From: Escherichia phage vB_EcoM-Sa45lw
Strand: one strand, 5' to 3'
Sequence record: MK977694.1
Length of the DNA: 64,000 nt
Part shown: piece after piece, positions 9,273-18,866 of the stretch
Position numbering within the stretch: the stretch's first letter is position 1
Layout: each line of letters opens with the position of its first letter
Notes under the pieces: generated by a model
The model's input: only the letters and a program-made list of their open reading frames with translations
The model's database searches: none
What the model was told of the DNA's origin: nothing
Translations under genes and position numbers: made by a program

Positions 9273-10592
9273 TCACACATAAAATACGTCATAACGACCA
9301 CGGGTAACACCAACATAAAGAAGCTGCTGAGCTAGTTCAGCATCTGCATAATGAATACAAGGCGTATAAATGAAAGCACGGTCTACAGACATACCCTGAG
9401 CTTTATGGAATGTTGATGCAGGAAGCGCTTTCACTTTACTAAACTGTGATTTAGCATCCCAAAAATCACTCCACGGAGCTTTTCCGCCTTTATTCCAATT
9501 TTTATAAGTTTCTGCCGTTTTACCTAAAAACAGGTTAAACTTATATAGCTCTTCATCAGATGAAATTATTTTAATCTTTTCACGATAATATTCATCATCG
9601 CCGTAAGTTTCTACTGTTAAATCCCAATGACGAATTAAGTATTCTCCAGGAACACCACGAGCTTTAACAAACGTTGATGTATACTCTGCTTCTATAATAC
9701 GAACTAATTGTCCATTATTAAAAATAATTTCTGATACAGGCTTTCCATCAATTTTATATGTTTTAATTAATGGTTCCTGCATTACAATAATTTCACCGAC
9801 AATAAAATCTTTATCAGTTTCAAAAATCTTTTTACGAATAATGCTATTTAACTTGTCAACAGATTTATTCGTAAATGCCATTACGCGATTTTCAAACAAA
9901 TCATCTAGTGATTTGACGATTGAAAAATAATTTACCATAAAATCGCGTAAAGCGGTATCACCAGTAAATCCACGTACTCCATGCCCGTCAACAACTTTAT
10001 CATAAATCCACTTACCGTTGCGAACATCAGTAGCTACATCAATAATAGGAGCATTACTGCGTTTAACTTCAGTGAGTTCACACTGATAAAAATCTTTGTG
10101 TGTAAAAAATGGACTGATATAAGCAGTGTTTTCTCCTGGGTCAACAGGTCTAATTTGCTTATTATCGCCTATTCCAATTATAGTACACCACGGTGGGATA
10201 GTTGAAAGCAGAATTTTAAATAGCTTTCTATCATACATTGACACTTCGTCGCAGATTAATACCCTGCATTTAGCTAAATCTGGTACTTCCTTCTGTTCAA
10301 AAAGAACGTTTTCTTCATACGTAACTGGGTTAATTTTAAGAATACTGTGAATAGTACTCGCTTCTTTCCCCGACAGTTTTGAAAGAATCTTTTTAGCTGC
10401 ATGTGTAGGAGCTGCCAAAATGATACCAGTTTCGCCCGTAGATATTAAAGCTTCAATGATGAACTTAGTAAGAGTAGTCTTACCAGTACCAGCAGGTCCA
10501 TTAATAGTTACATGATGTTTCTTTTCTTTAATAGCCCTCATAACGATGTTAAAGGCATTTTTCTGACCTTCGGTCAAATCATCAAATGTCAT
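9273..10592 (-). CDS. dda: Dda SF1 DNA helicase
   Basis: 439-aa ORF, T4 Dda length; Walker A GPAGTGKTT. Confidence 0.92.
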   Translation of the reverse strand: MTFDDLTEGQKNAFNIVMRAIKEKKHHVTINGPAGTGKTTLTKFIIEALISTGETGIILAAPTHAAKKILSKLSGKEASTIHSILKINPVTYEENVLFEQKEVPDLAKCRVLICDEVSMYDRKLFKILLSTIPPWCTIIGIGDNKQIRPVDPGENTAYISPFFTHKDFYQCELTEVKRSNAPIIDVATDVRNGKWIYDKVVDGHGVRGFTGDTALRDFMVNYFSIVKSLDDLFENRVMAFTNKSVDKLNSIIRKKIFETDKDFIVGEIIVMQEPLIKTYKIDGKPVSEIIFNNGQLVRIIEAEYTSTFVKARGVPGEYLIRHWDLTVETYGDDEYYREKIKIISSDEELYKFNLFLGKTAETYKNWNKGGKAPWSDFWDAKSQFSKVKALPASTFHKAQGMSVDRAFIYTPCIHYADAELAQQLLYVGVTRGRYDVFYV

Positions 10593-10900
10593 CGTAAATT
10601 CCCTGCAATTGGTATACTAACAATACGCCCAGTATCTAAAATTCGCCGATATAATCTTTGTGTGTCTACATCAGGCTTAACGTGTTTAACTTCTATTTTA
10701 TTAAACCAAAACTTGCGTGGAGTTTCAACTAATCTTGGAATTCCCATACCTAAAGCTAGTCGATACTGCTCTTTAAGAGTGGTAAATACTCTATCAGCAA
10801 TCTCCCTTTCAAAAAACACAGCAGGACGATGTTCATCAAGTGGAACTGGCGCCGTAAATCCGTCTTTGTCTCGGTAAACTATCGCATATACATAAACCAT
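10589..10900 (-). CDS. hypothetical protein (dda.1-position)
   Basis: 103-aa ORF overlapping dda stop. Confidence 0.55.
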   Translation of the reverse strand: MVYVYAIVYRDKDGFTAPVPLDEHRPAVFFEREIADRVFTTLKEQYRLALGMGIPRLVETPRKFWFNKIEVKHVKPDVDTQRLYRRILDTGRIVSIPIAGNLR

Positions 10901-10901
10901 A

Positions 10902-11648
10902 TTATCCTCGGATAAGTTTAAAAATTGAACAATTTAGCGGGTATCCTCTTTTCAGTTTAAGTTTATCAATAAAAGACAAGTTTTGATACCGCTCTACACC
11001 TTGAATAATTTTATCACACATATCATATTGCATTTCTGCTTCTGACAACTTTTTCACAATTTTCCAATCCGAGCCTTTAAGAAGAACGTTCAATTTAACA
11101 ACTTCAGCGCCTTCTGCTATGCGAGAACCATCAATACGAGCTTTAAGTGCTATAATTCTTAGCTTAATATCAGAGGTCTGTTTTGATTTAGAAAGCTGAG
11201 AAATGTGTTCAATTCGATTTTCACGTTTTTTCTGTATAGCTTTAATTTGATTATAAGTCTTTTTGATTTTAGCCCATTTCTTTTCATCTAAATTTAGTTT
11301 ATGAACTTTTTTCGCAGATGAACGACCAATTCGCAAAGCAAATAAATCACGCTTTTCAATCAACTCTTCTAAAGTATAATCAGAACGAAATGTATTATAC
11401 TTTTTCTTTACTGCAATAACATTCCCTTTAATGTATCCAATGTTATTATCAAAACGTTCTAATGATAATTTCTCTCCTTCAATACGATTATCAAAAGGTT
11501 CTCCTGAATAGGCACAAACTTTTTGATCTAAAATGTTCTTAATGTAATTGAAGTCTAAGTTAAAATCTTTAGAACGTCTTTTTGCAGATGCCTGAGTATG
11601 CTCTAAACGACGTTTAATTTTACGAATTTGGTTATTAGACAGTTTCAT
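10902..11648 (-). CDS. Srd-position protein
   Basis: 248-aa basic ORF at T4 srd position; identity not verified. Confidence 0.5.
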   Translation of the reverse strand: MKLSNNQIRKIKRRLEHTQASAKRRSKDFNLDFNYIKNILDQKVCAYSGEPFDNRIEGEKLSLERFDNNIGYIKGNVIAVKKKYNTFRSDYTLEELIEKRDLFALRIGRSSAKKVHKLNLDEKKWAKIKKTYNQIKAIQKKRENRIEHISQLSKSKQTSDIKLRIIALKARIDGSRIAEGAEVVKLNVLLKGSDWKIVKKLSEAEMQYDMCDKIIQGVERYQNLSFIDKLKLKRGYPLNCSIFKLIRG

Positions 11649-11678
11649 ATTTTTCTCACGGACGGTTAACTTACTTAT

Positions 11679-11708
11679 ACTATATCATTTTTACTTCAGC
11701 TTGTAAAC
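11679..11708 (-). promoter_or_regulatory. T4-type early promoter
   Basis: GTTTAC, 18 bp, TATAGT on minus strand. Confidence 0.55.
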
Positions 11709-11765
11709 AACTTTATGTAAAAATGCTTTAAAACTTTCGTGGTATAATGAATCTAAGTCCTTCCA

Positions 11766-12368
11766 TTATAGATTAAATCCTTCAAAATCAAGAGTATAGA
11801 TAGTGTATGTTGAATACTTTTTATACTCATATCTATCTGCAATTCTAAATACACTTCCAGCTGGTATCATTACTTCTTGTTCATCTGAAACTAATTCCAT
11901 ATTACGATAACGATGACTATCCGGAAACTTAAAGTTTGGATTGTATTCTTTACAGCGTAGAGCTTTTATAGCATACTCCTGGAAATTGAATACCATAGGA
12001 GCTTTGAATTCAAAAATAACCTGTGTGTTATACTCTAAACCGGAAGCAAAATGTAGAGCTATATTTTTATCATATGAAGCTGATACTACTTTATCAAATG
12101 TAATAATATCAATTCCTTGATTTAACACTTGCTTAGTCTCGACTGGAACACCTCTCCAAAGAGGTTTATCGTTTGGTTCCAAACGAGATTTGATTATTTC
12201 ATTTAACCAAGTATGGTCATCTGGTTTGTTGGTAATACAATGAATTAAAAGTTCAATTTCAGATAAATTAAACCCTTCAGAAAGTAATTCTTCACGAATA
12301 GAAGCACGCACCGATGCATCCATTGATTTTATTTTAAAATCTTTTAGTTGCATTACTGAGTATTTCAT
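11766..12368 (-). CDS. modA: ADP-ribosyltransferase ModA
   Basis: 200-aa ORF, T4 ModA length, adjacent paralog pair. Confidence 0.75.
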   Translation of the reverse strand: MKYSVMQLKDFKIKSMDASVRASIREELLSEGFNLSEIELLIHCITNKPDDHTWLNEIIKSRLEPNDKPLWRGVPVETKQVLNQGIDIITFDKVVSASYDKNIALHFASGLEYNTQVIFEFKAPMVFNFQEYAIKALRCKEYNPNFKFPDSHRYRNMELVSDEQEVMIPAGSVFRIADRYEYKKYSTYTIYTLDFEGFNL

Positions 12369-12988
12369 TCAACTACCTCAATATCATAAACTTTAAATGT
12401 TCCAAATGAATCGTGTAATTTTTCTTTTGAAATAGAAGTTATTCTATACTTTCCAATTGGAATCATCCATTCTTGTTCACGCACAATCATCATTAAGTTA
12501 TCAGTACGTTCTGAATCTAACCCATCAGTATCTTCATACGTGTACTTAAACTCAGTATTAGGAGAAGAAAGTATAATATCGCTGATATGGTCAGAATAAT
12601 TAAAAGCTTTATCAGTTTTTAAGCGAAATATTATTTCAGTGAAATACTCAACATAAGAAAAACCACATGCTGTGTGCAAACTAGTAGTAAATGAATCTAC
12701 CCTGTTCGTTGAAAACACTTCTCCAACTTGTAAATCTTTAATGAGTTCTTTTGTCGATTTTGATATACCACGATATAGCTGATAAGGTGATTTAGTTAAA
12801 TGCTTTTTAACGATTTTATTCAACTGCTGATGAAGAGCTTCATTCTTTTTGGCTTCCATACATTGCCAAAGAACAGACTGCTCAAAGTCAGTAAATTTTT
12901 CACAGACTTTTTTATACATATCATATTGAAAATCAACGCTTTCAGCTTTTATAGATAACTGTTCAACATCTGCAAGATTAATAATCAT
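12365..12988 (-). CDS. modB: ADP-ribosyltransferase ModB
   Basis: 207-aa ORF, T4 ModB length, tandem with modA. Confidence 0.75.
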   Translation of the reverse strand: MIINLADVEQLSIKAESVDFQYDMYKKVCEKFTDFEQSVLWQCMEAKKNEALHQQLNKIVKKHLTKSPYQLYRGISKSTKELIKDLQVGEVFSTNRVDSFTTSLHTACGFSYVEYFTEIIFRLKTDKAFNYSDHISDIILSSPNTEFKYTYEDTDGLDSERTDNLMMIVREQEWMIPIGKYRITSISKEKLHDSFGTFKVYDIEVVE

Positions 12989-13014
12989 GATAGCCTCCGT
13001 ATACTTCAGAAGCT

Positions 13015-13044
13015 ATCATATCATCGTTAGAAAGGAAAGTAAAC
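13015..13044 (-). promoter_or_regulatory. T4-type early promoter (weaker -10)
   Basis: GTTTAC with TATGAT 18 bp downstream. Confidence 0.45.
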
Positions 13045-13055
13045 AACTTTTTGAA

Positions 13056-13238
13056 TTATTTTGCCCAGGGAGCCCAAGGCGGAGGGTCAAGATGGTATGA
13101 AGCTAGTTCTTCTAGAAGAGCATCTGGGGCTTCAATTCCATAATTCTGTAATACTATACGGTATTCTTTCTTATAATCACTAGAATCATTCTGGTTATTC
13201 GTAGAATGATTATCTTCTAACATCTCAAATAAATCCAT
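13056..13238 (-). CDS. hypothetical protein
   Basis: 60-aa ORF. Confidence 0.45.
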   Translation of the reverse strand: MDLFEMLEDNHSTNNQNDSSDYKKEYRIVLQNYGIEAPDALLEELASYHLDPPPWAPWAK

Positions 13239-13246
13239 ATTAATTC

Positions 13247-13717
13247 CTAGCGATAAAAACCAAATTGACGATTAGCTTCAACAATCTTTCTTTCTTCTTC
13301 GGACATTCTCCAACGTAGTCCAACATCAAAATGAGCCCAGACCATCTTAACAAATGCATTTATATCTTTAATATCTTCAATAATGAATGTTTTACTTTTA
13401 GAAGGTTGGCTTGCTAATTTAACCTTATCATCTTCAAACAAATCAAAAAGGCTATATTCATGAGCTCTTTTATAACCTTTAATTATTAAAGCTTCAGAAG
13501 AAGAAAATGGAGAATCAGTATTATGTAGAATATCTTCAGTATGCTTTATCATTAGAATAACATTTTCTGGATATTTTCTTTCTTTTATATCTTTAATTAA
13601 AAAATCCGGATTTTCTGCTAAAGGAATAATTAATGAGCATTTTTTATCAAGTGTATTTACTGATTTACCTTCTTTAGACATAAATTCTATTGAATAGAAT
13701 TTTGCTACTTCAATCAT
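13247..13717 (-). CDS. hypothetical protein
   Basis: 156-aa ORF. Confidence 0.55.
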   Translation of the reverse strand: MIEVAKFYSIEFMSKEGKSVNTLDKKCSLIIPLAENPDFLIKDIKERKYPENVILMIKHTEDILHNTDSPFSSSEALIIKGYKRAHEYSLFDLFEDDKVKLASQPSKSKTFIIEDIKDINAFVKMVWAHFDVGLRWRMSEEERKIVEANRQFGFYR

Positions 13718-13874
13718 GTGTTTTCCTCTTGCCTACTAATGGACCATCAGGAATTTTATTTTCCTGAATATACTTCTCATTTTCTTCCATCATTTTACTA
13801 CCGATTTTAAGAAGCAAATCCATTGCTTCATTTGCTTTAGCTTTAGCCTCTTCTAACGTCATATCTTTGTTCAT
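13710..13874 (-). CDS. small hypothetical protein
   Basis: 54-aa ORF; ATGA overlaps at both ends. Confidence 0.45.
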   Translation of the reverse strand: MNKDMTLEEAKAKANEAMDLLLKIGSKMMEENEKYIQENKIPDGPLVGKRKTHD

Positions 13875-14074
13875 GATTTATCACCATAGATGTCTCTCAT
13901 CAATTTAAGCGCTGAGCGTTCTAATTTCTTTTCTTTCTCAGCACTAATCATTGATTTCATCCATTCTTCCGATTCGTTCTGCATTTCTTTATTTGCTTGT
14001 TCAACCCAGCCATCATCAATATACATTGAGTTTGGTCGATTAAACCATTCAAATATTTTCTTTAGGACTTTCAT
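13871..14074 (-). CDS. hypothetical protein
   Basis: 67-aa ORF. Confidence 0.5.
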   Translation of the reverse strand: MKVLKKIFEWFNRPNSMYIDDGWVEQANKEMQNESEEWMKSMISAEKEKKLERSALKLMRDIYGDKS

Positions 14075-14534
14075 TCATTTTACCTAAAACAATAGTAGGA
14101 GCATCGTCAAATTTATGAATTTTTAGCAAATTTGGAGTTAATTTATTCCATAAAGAAGTAATAAAATATGATAGCGCAATTTCTTCCGCAATTATGAATT
14201 TATTTCCCTTATCTATTTTCCAGTCATGTACTGAATCATATGAATAGAAGGACAGCGGTTTATTGTTATAAAATGCTTCACCAACATCAATATAGTTAGA
14301 TTTAGTAAATGCTTGAATTGACGTAAATGGAGAATTTTGTACAGTTTCAATAATTCCGATCTTTTTAAGTTTTATTTCAACATCTTCTGGAACTGGCATT
14401 GAAATAAAATCTTCTACTAGATACATGCTATTGTCATATCTTTTGTCAATCATTACTGCTACAGTAATTGGAACATCCTTGACAAACGCCATACTAATAC
14501 TATTAATAAACATTTCAAACAAAATTGCTTCCAT
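14049..14534 (-). CDS. hypothetical protein
   Basis: ATG at 14534 with GAGGA RBS; track ORF starts at upstream TTG. Confidence 0.5.
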   Translation of the reverse strand: MEAILFEMFINSISMAFVKDVPITVAVMIDKRYDNSMYLVEDFISMPVPEDVEIKLKKIGIIETVQNSPFTSIQAFTKSNYIDVGEAFYNNKPLSFYSYDSVHDWKIDKGNKFIIAEEIALSYFITSLWNKLTPNLLKIHKFDDAPTIVLGKMNESPKENI

Positions 14535-14542
14535 AATTTTCC

Positions 14543-14875
14543 TCAATCACAAGATGTAGATGAACAACTAGAATCACAAGAACTTCCGCATGAATCACTT
14601 GCCCATACGTGAACAGGAACATTTGTATCATATGAAGAATTAGAACTTTTAACTTCGTTAGAAGATGTAGGTACTGACCATCGCCAAGGATTTTTATAAT
14701 ATTCTTGGGCTTCTTCATAAGTCATAGTAACTGCTTCTACTGTTCCATCTCCCATATAAACATACTCAACTACAGTTAAAGGAAGGTAGTCATTTGAAAT
14801 AGGAACTACACCTTCCCCAGGAGTCGTAGAGAAAAAATCCGTAAAGAAACTTTTAAACCAATTAAAGATAAACAC
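14543..14875 (-). CDS. hypothetical protein with Cys/Ser-rich C-terminal tail
   Basis: 110-aa ORF ending [15 protein letters not shown]. Confidence 0.5.
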   Translation of the reverse strand: MFIFNWFKSFFTDFFSTTPGEGVVPISNDYLPLTVVEYVYMGDGTVEAVTMTYEEAQEYYKNPWRWSVPTSSNEVKSSNSSYDTNVPVHVWASDSCGSSCDSSCSSTSCD

Positions 14876-15081
14876 TACAAAAAACCTCTCTTGAATTCAA
14901 CTTGCTTCTCGCCATAATCATATCGAATCTCTGCATTAAATTCGACAGAACCATCTGCGTACATCATAAATGAATGCACAACAACTTCTGTGGACCATGG
15001 CTGCAGTTCATATTTCTTCATTACATGTCGTGAAATGATAATATCTAAATCTTCATTTGGTTTAATCCAACGATTTAACAT
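14875..15081 (-). CDS. hypothetical protein
   Basis: 68-aa ORF. Confidence 0.5.
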   Translation of the reverse strand: MLNRWIKPNEDLDIIISRHVMKKYELQPWSTEVVVHSFMMYADGSVEFNAEIRYDYGEKQVEFKRGFL

Positions 15082-15107
15082 AGTGCTCTCCTCTATAAGA
15101 TAATTTT

Positions 15108-15137
15108 ATTATACCATACTCATTTTGGAAAGTAAAC
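15108..15137 (-). promoter_or_regulatory. T4-type early promoter
   Basis: GTTTAC, 18 bp, TATAAT on minus strand. Confidence 0.65.
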
Positions 15138-15150
15138 CGGTAAAATGAAA

Positions 15151-15172
15151 AAGGACTCCCTAGGGAGTCCTT
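15151..15172 (-). terminator. GC-rich palindromic stem-loop
   Basis: aaggactccc-ta-gggagtcctt after soc stop. Confidence 0.55.
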
Positions 15173-15178
15173 GAATTA

Positions 15179-15415
15179 TTAACCACCTATTTCTGTAGGC
15201 GTAAACATTGCAGCATTCTTAGTTTTCCAAGTTGCTGCATCGGAAACTACATCAGAATAAGCTGCTTTTTCTGACGGAAAGATTTGATAATGAGAATCTG
15301 CAATACGATGCTCGTTAGAATAGATTTCAAACGGAACAGAAACTTCCATACCTTTAACTTCTTTGCCTTCACCTGCTGGATGAGTAAAGGTCTTGATGTT
15401 AACGAAACCACCCAT
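15179..15415 (-). CDS. soc: small outer capsid protein Soc
   Basis: 78-aa ORF; YVNIKTF and HYQIFPSEKAAYS match T4 Soc. Confidence 0.85.
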   Translation of the reverse strand: MGGFVNIKTFTHPAGEGKEVKGMEVSVPFEIYSNEHRIADSHYQIFPSEKAAYSDVVSDAATWKTKNAAMFTPTEIGG

Positions 15416-15446
15416 AATAAACTCCTTTATTGTTTAATTACAGGTG

Positions 15447-15454
15447 TATTTATA
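15447..15454 (-). promoter_or_regulatory. T4 late promoter TATAAATA
   Basis: Exact TATAAATA on minus strand about 30 nt upstream of soc ATG. Confidence 0.7.
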
Positions 15455-15456
15455 TC

Positions 15457-15597
15457 TTACAATTTAGCGGCTTTCCAGAGTTGTTCAATAATCTCTTGGT
15501 CTATTTCTTTAGTTATTTCATTACGTAATAAAGCAGTAAGGGCTTTCGCCCTTTTCTTATTCAACTTTTTGAGTTGACGCTTATTTAAACGAGCCAT
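15457..15597 (-). CDS. small basic protein
   Basis: 46-aa ORF; ATG overlaps gene 56 stop (TAATG). Confidence 0.45.
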   Translation of the reverse strand: MARLNKRQLKKLNKKRAKALTALLRNEITKEIDQEIIEQLWKAAKL

Positions 15598-16115
15598 TAA
15601 TAACCTCGGTCTTGACGAGCGAAGTTTTCAGCATTTTTCAGGTAATAAAGTTTAAAGATTTCTTCTGCTGTAAGACCAAGACCCTGGAACATATTCAGAA
15701 CGAAATGAAGAATATCAATCATTTCAAATTTAATTTCTAACTGGTCTTGCGGAGACAAATCAGTAATCAGAGTTTCACGACGTTCACCATGCTGCGACTT
15801 CCAAGGTTTCCATACAGCAGATGCGTCTTTTTCACCATTACTCATACCACCAAGAGAAGTCAGAAGTTCACGGAATTCATCATCAATATAATCTTTCTGA
15901 TTGCGTAGCCAATCAACAACTTCACCTGCAGTAGCCAAATCATCAGGATGACGGTTATATTCAGGTTTATCTTTAGCTAAACGAACCTGTAAAGATTTCT
16001 GCATATCAAGCATAACCTGCAGCGGGTCTTTTTCATCACCGAGAATATCCCAATATTCATTTTGAGCTTTATCAGCGCCTTCAATCAGTTGACTACATTC
16101 GTTAAAGTAAGCCAT
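15597..16115 (-). CDS. 56: dCTP pyrophosphatase gp56 (MazG-like)
   Basis: 172 aa from ATG at 16115, T4 gp56 size. Confidence 0.85.
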   Translation of the reverse strand: MAYFNECSQLIEGADKAQNEYWDILGDEKDPLQVMLDMQKSLQVRLAKDKPEYNRHPDDLATAGEVVDWLRNQKDYIDDEFRELLTSLGGMSNGEKDASAVWKPWKSQHGERRETLITDLSPQDQLEIKFEMIDILHFVLNMFQGLGLTAEEIFKLYYLKNAENFARQDRGY

Positions 16116-16149
16116 TATTTTTCCTTTCAATTCATGGGTTAGTAGATTA

Positions 16150-16173
16150 ATTATACAATAAATATATAAAGCA
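16150..16173 (-). promoter_or_regulatory. middle promoter (MotA box TGCTTTA, 11 bp, TATAAT)
   Basis: Minus strand TTGCTTTAT then TATAAT about 35 nt upstream of gene 56. Confidence 0.6.
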
Positions 16174-16186
16174 ATAAGGAGGACAT

Positions 16187-16387
16187 ATGGTACAAAAATT
16201 AATGGCACTTGTTAATGCCATCAAAGGTAATAAGAAACGTATAGCTTTTACTATTTCTGCTATGGTAGGAATTTTACTCTGGAACTTTATTCTATCACCT
16301 GTTGCAATTGCACATGGTATTAATATTCCAGTAGTTACTCTTGATACATTTGTAGATTTAGCATTTGCTTTAGTTGGGTTAATTTAA
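16187..16387 (+). CDS. small hydrophobic protein on opposite strand
   Basis: 66-aa ORF; AAGGAGG 4 nt upstream of ATG; no recognised promoter. Confidence 0.4.
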   Translation: MVQKLMALVNAIKGNKKRIAFTISAMVGILLWNFILSPVAIAHGINIPVVTLDTFVDLAFALVGLI

Positions 16388-17412
16388 ATCTTAGCATATT
16401 TAGATAACCGCATTTTAGCCATTAACCCTTGGGCAATATTATTTTTCATATATTCCATAATTTGTTCAGGGGTTGCACCTTCCTTTCTAATCATATCATT
16501 GACGTCTTTTGATTTCCAGGGAGATTTATCCCAAAACATAACCCTTTCTCCTGCATCAACTAATTTAGTCATTCGTTTGATAGTGTCAGAGTGACGAGGT
16601 TCATTATCTAAGACCCACACACGCCTATCTTTAAATGGAACAACTTCTAGGTCTAATTGACCACCCGTAATAGCTATACCATTTTCAATAAAAAGTGAAT
16701 CTATAGGTCCTTCTAGAACATATACATCGCCATCTTTAACTCGTTCGACTCCATATATTTTTGTTGCCTCAGGATAAGCTTTAATGGTGATATATTTTTG
16801 AGGAGCATCTTTCTTTAATGCACGTCCTTGAAAAGACTCAGCTTTTCCATTAGCATTATAAATTGGAATAACAAGACGAGGCTCAGAAATTTCCTTTTTG
16901 TATGTTCCCGGTGCTATGCTATTAACTAATTTAGGCCATTCGGTTGTAAACCAAAGATATTTCCATTTATCCTTTGGAATACAACGAGCTTTTACATATT
17001 TTATAATTGGATGGTCTTCCGCCAGTTTATCTAATCTAACACATGACGGAAGAGATTTAATTATTTTCTTCTCAGGTTGTTTAGGAAGTTCTTTAGGTTT
17101 TTCTACTGGACGACTTTTACCTTTTTCTTTTCTTATTTCAAAGATATACTCACGATATAAATCAGGTTCAAACTCCTTTAAATATATTCCGATTGGTGCG
17201 TGATAGTTACAGTTATAACAATGAATATTTCCTTCATTATTATCACCATAATACCATCCACGAGCTTTATTCTGATCGGTTTTTGAATCTCCACAAACAG
17301 GACATCTAAACCGCAATTTAAAAGTTGAACTATTATTTACTTGTGTGAATTTAGGTAAATGAGCTAATGCACGATACGCAAACTCATTATCAATCCAAGG
17401 TATTGATGACAT
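16384..17412 (-). CDS. 61: DNA primase gp61
   Basis: 342-aa ORF, T4 gp61 length; N-terminal zinc ribbon. Confidence 0.92.
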   Translation of the reverse strand: MSSIPWIDNEFAYRALAHLPKFTQVNNSSTFKLRFRCPVCGDSKTDQNKARGWYYGDNNEGNIHCYNCNYHAPIGIYLKEFEPDLYREYIFEIRKEKGKSRPVEKPKELPKQPEKKIIKSLPSCVRLDKLAEDHPIIKYVKARCIPKDKWKYLWFTTEWPKLVNSIAPGTYKKEISEPRLVIPIYNANGKAESFQGRALKKDAPQKYITIKAYPEATKIYGVERVKDGDVYVLEGPIDSLFIENGIAITGGQLDLEVVPFKDRRVWVLDNEPRHSDTIKRMTKLVDAGERVMFWDKSPWKSKDVNDMIRKEGATPEQIMEYMKNNIAQGLMAKMRLSKYAKI

Positions 17413-17414
17413 TT

Positions 17415-17579
17415 TTACTCTTCTTTTTCTTTAGATTCCTCTTTCTTCTTTTTAGGAATCTGTTCAGGACCTTTATTTACTACAGCGCCTGACGTTGTTC
17501 CAGTAGAGATATTTTCAGGATTACCACCTGAATCTCCAGCTACCATATCTTCTTTAATAAATTCTTTATATGTTTTCAT
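17415..17579 (-). CDS. small hypothetical protein
   Basis: 54-aa low-complexity ORF between 61.1-position gene and primase. Confidence 0.4.
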   Translation of the reverse strand: MKTYKEFIKEDMVAGDSGGNPENISTGTTSGAVVNKGPEQIPKKKKEESKEKEE

Positions 17580-17580
17580 A

Positions 17581-17937
17581 TTAACCTCTATTCATAAAAG
17601 CATTAAAAATTTGGTCATCAATAGATGGCACAGTAATATTTTCTGCATCATTTAGCAAATCATTAATTTCATCAGATAGCATAACACATGTGCCTTTATT
17701 TCCTGTAATTGTTACTGCACAATTACGAACGTTTTCTTTATCAAATTTTAGGTTAATATTTTCGTAGTGAAAATCCTTTAATGCCGAATATATCTTTAAA
17801 ATGAAATTGTCTTTTACTACAATAAACCCAACCTCACTATTAAAACGTGGTTCATGGAAACTGTAATAAACCTTTTCATCTATAAAATCGTATGAAATTT
17901 TTTCCATTTTTAAATATGAAAATTCAGAACTATACAT
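17581..17937 (-). CDS. hypothetical protein (61.1-position)
   Basis: 118-aa ORF; C-terminal DDQIFNAFMNRG shared with next ORF. Confidence 0.55.
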   Translation of the reverse strand: MYSSEFSYLKMEKISYDFIDEKVYYSFHEPRFNSEVGFIVVKDNFILKIYSALKDFHYENINLKFDKENVRNCAVTITGNKGTCVMLSDEINDLLNDAENITVPSIDDQIFNAFMNRG

Positions 17938-17938
17938 A

Positions 17939-18580
17939 TTAACCTTTATTCATAAAAGCATTAAAAATTTGATCGTCAATAGAAACATTTACTTTAGACT
18001 GTTTTTCTGATGGTAATTCATATCCACATATTACAATTTTGTGATCAATATCAAAATACACAGAAGCAATATGATTAATGATGTTTTCAGTAAAGTCTAA
18101 ATCAACATCAATATCTTTTTGACTAACGCTCAAAGGATAATTAATACGAATAATTCGATTATCTTTAACAAAGATTCCACCGACATACTCTGTGCTGCGT
18201 TTAAAGTTTACACGTTTCCTAAATGAAAAATATTCAGGTTCTTTATGGGCTCGACTCATAGGGCTTAAAGTGTATTCCGAATATGAAATATCAAATCCTA
18301 CACCTTCAATATGAGCCAACGCGTCATGATTAAACCAATTATAATCATATGCCAAATCCATTATATTGTAATATGTGAAAGGCACCGGATTAACATCATG
18401 TGTTATACCTTTAAAATCTGCCCAGGCAACGATTTCGTTATCTTTAACAATTACAAAAATTGTGTCAATAAGATATCCACGGTTATTTTCATCAGGCGTT
18501 ATATTATAACATTGCGCATCAGGAAATTTACCGTATTTAAACGGTGGATTTTTGTGCATATAATAAATCATATTATTCAC
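17939..18580 (-). CDS. hypothetical protein (61.2-position)
   Basis: 213-aa ORF; C-terminal DDQIFNAFMNKG. Confidence 0.55.
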   Translation of the reverse strand: MNNMIYYMHKNPPFKYGKFPDAQCYNITPDENNRGYLIDTIFVIVKDNEIVAWADFKGITHDVNPVPFTYYNIMDLAYDYNWFNHDALAHIEGVGFDISYSEYTLSPMSRAHKEPEYFSFRKRVNFKRSTEYVGGIFVKDNRIIRINYPLSVSQKDIDVDLDFTENIINHIASVYFDIDHKIVICGYELPSEKQSKVNVSIDDQIFNAFMNKG

Positions 18581-18866
18581 CTGTGATTTCGGTTACGATA
18601 TTTTTGTTATTAAAGTTTTTATCGCAATACAGAACATAATTATACTGCATTACACCACCAGACTTAAGTTGTTTTTGCACTTCAGCTTTCATTTTAGGAC
18701 GATCGCGCTCAACAATATTCATAATATCCGCTTCAATTTGAGTTTCAACTTCAGTCTGATCTGCAGTCATAGACCATTCACACAAGTCTTTATCATATCC
18801 TGCCATAGCAGGCTGAGCAGCACAAGAAGCCAAAGTAAAAATTGTAGCAAAAATAAATTTTTTCAT
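18573..18866 (-). CDS. putative lipoprotein
   Basis: 97-aa ORF with signal peptide and LASC lipobox. Confidence 0.55.
   Translation of the reverse strand: MKKFIFATIFTLASCAAQPAMAGYDKDLCEWSMTADQTEVETQIEADIMNIVERDRPKMKAEVQKQLKSGGVMQYNYVLYCDKNFNNKNIVTEITGE

Noticed and set aside
11723-11748. Plus-strand MotA-box-like motif (ATGCTTTA, 12 bp, TATAAT) in the srd-modA intergenic region
   Set aside because: It would drive transcription antisense to modA with no plus-strand gene downstream; probably a chance match in AT-rich DNA, though antisense RNA is not excluded.
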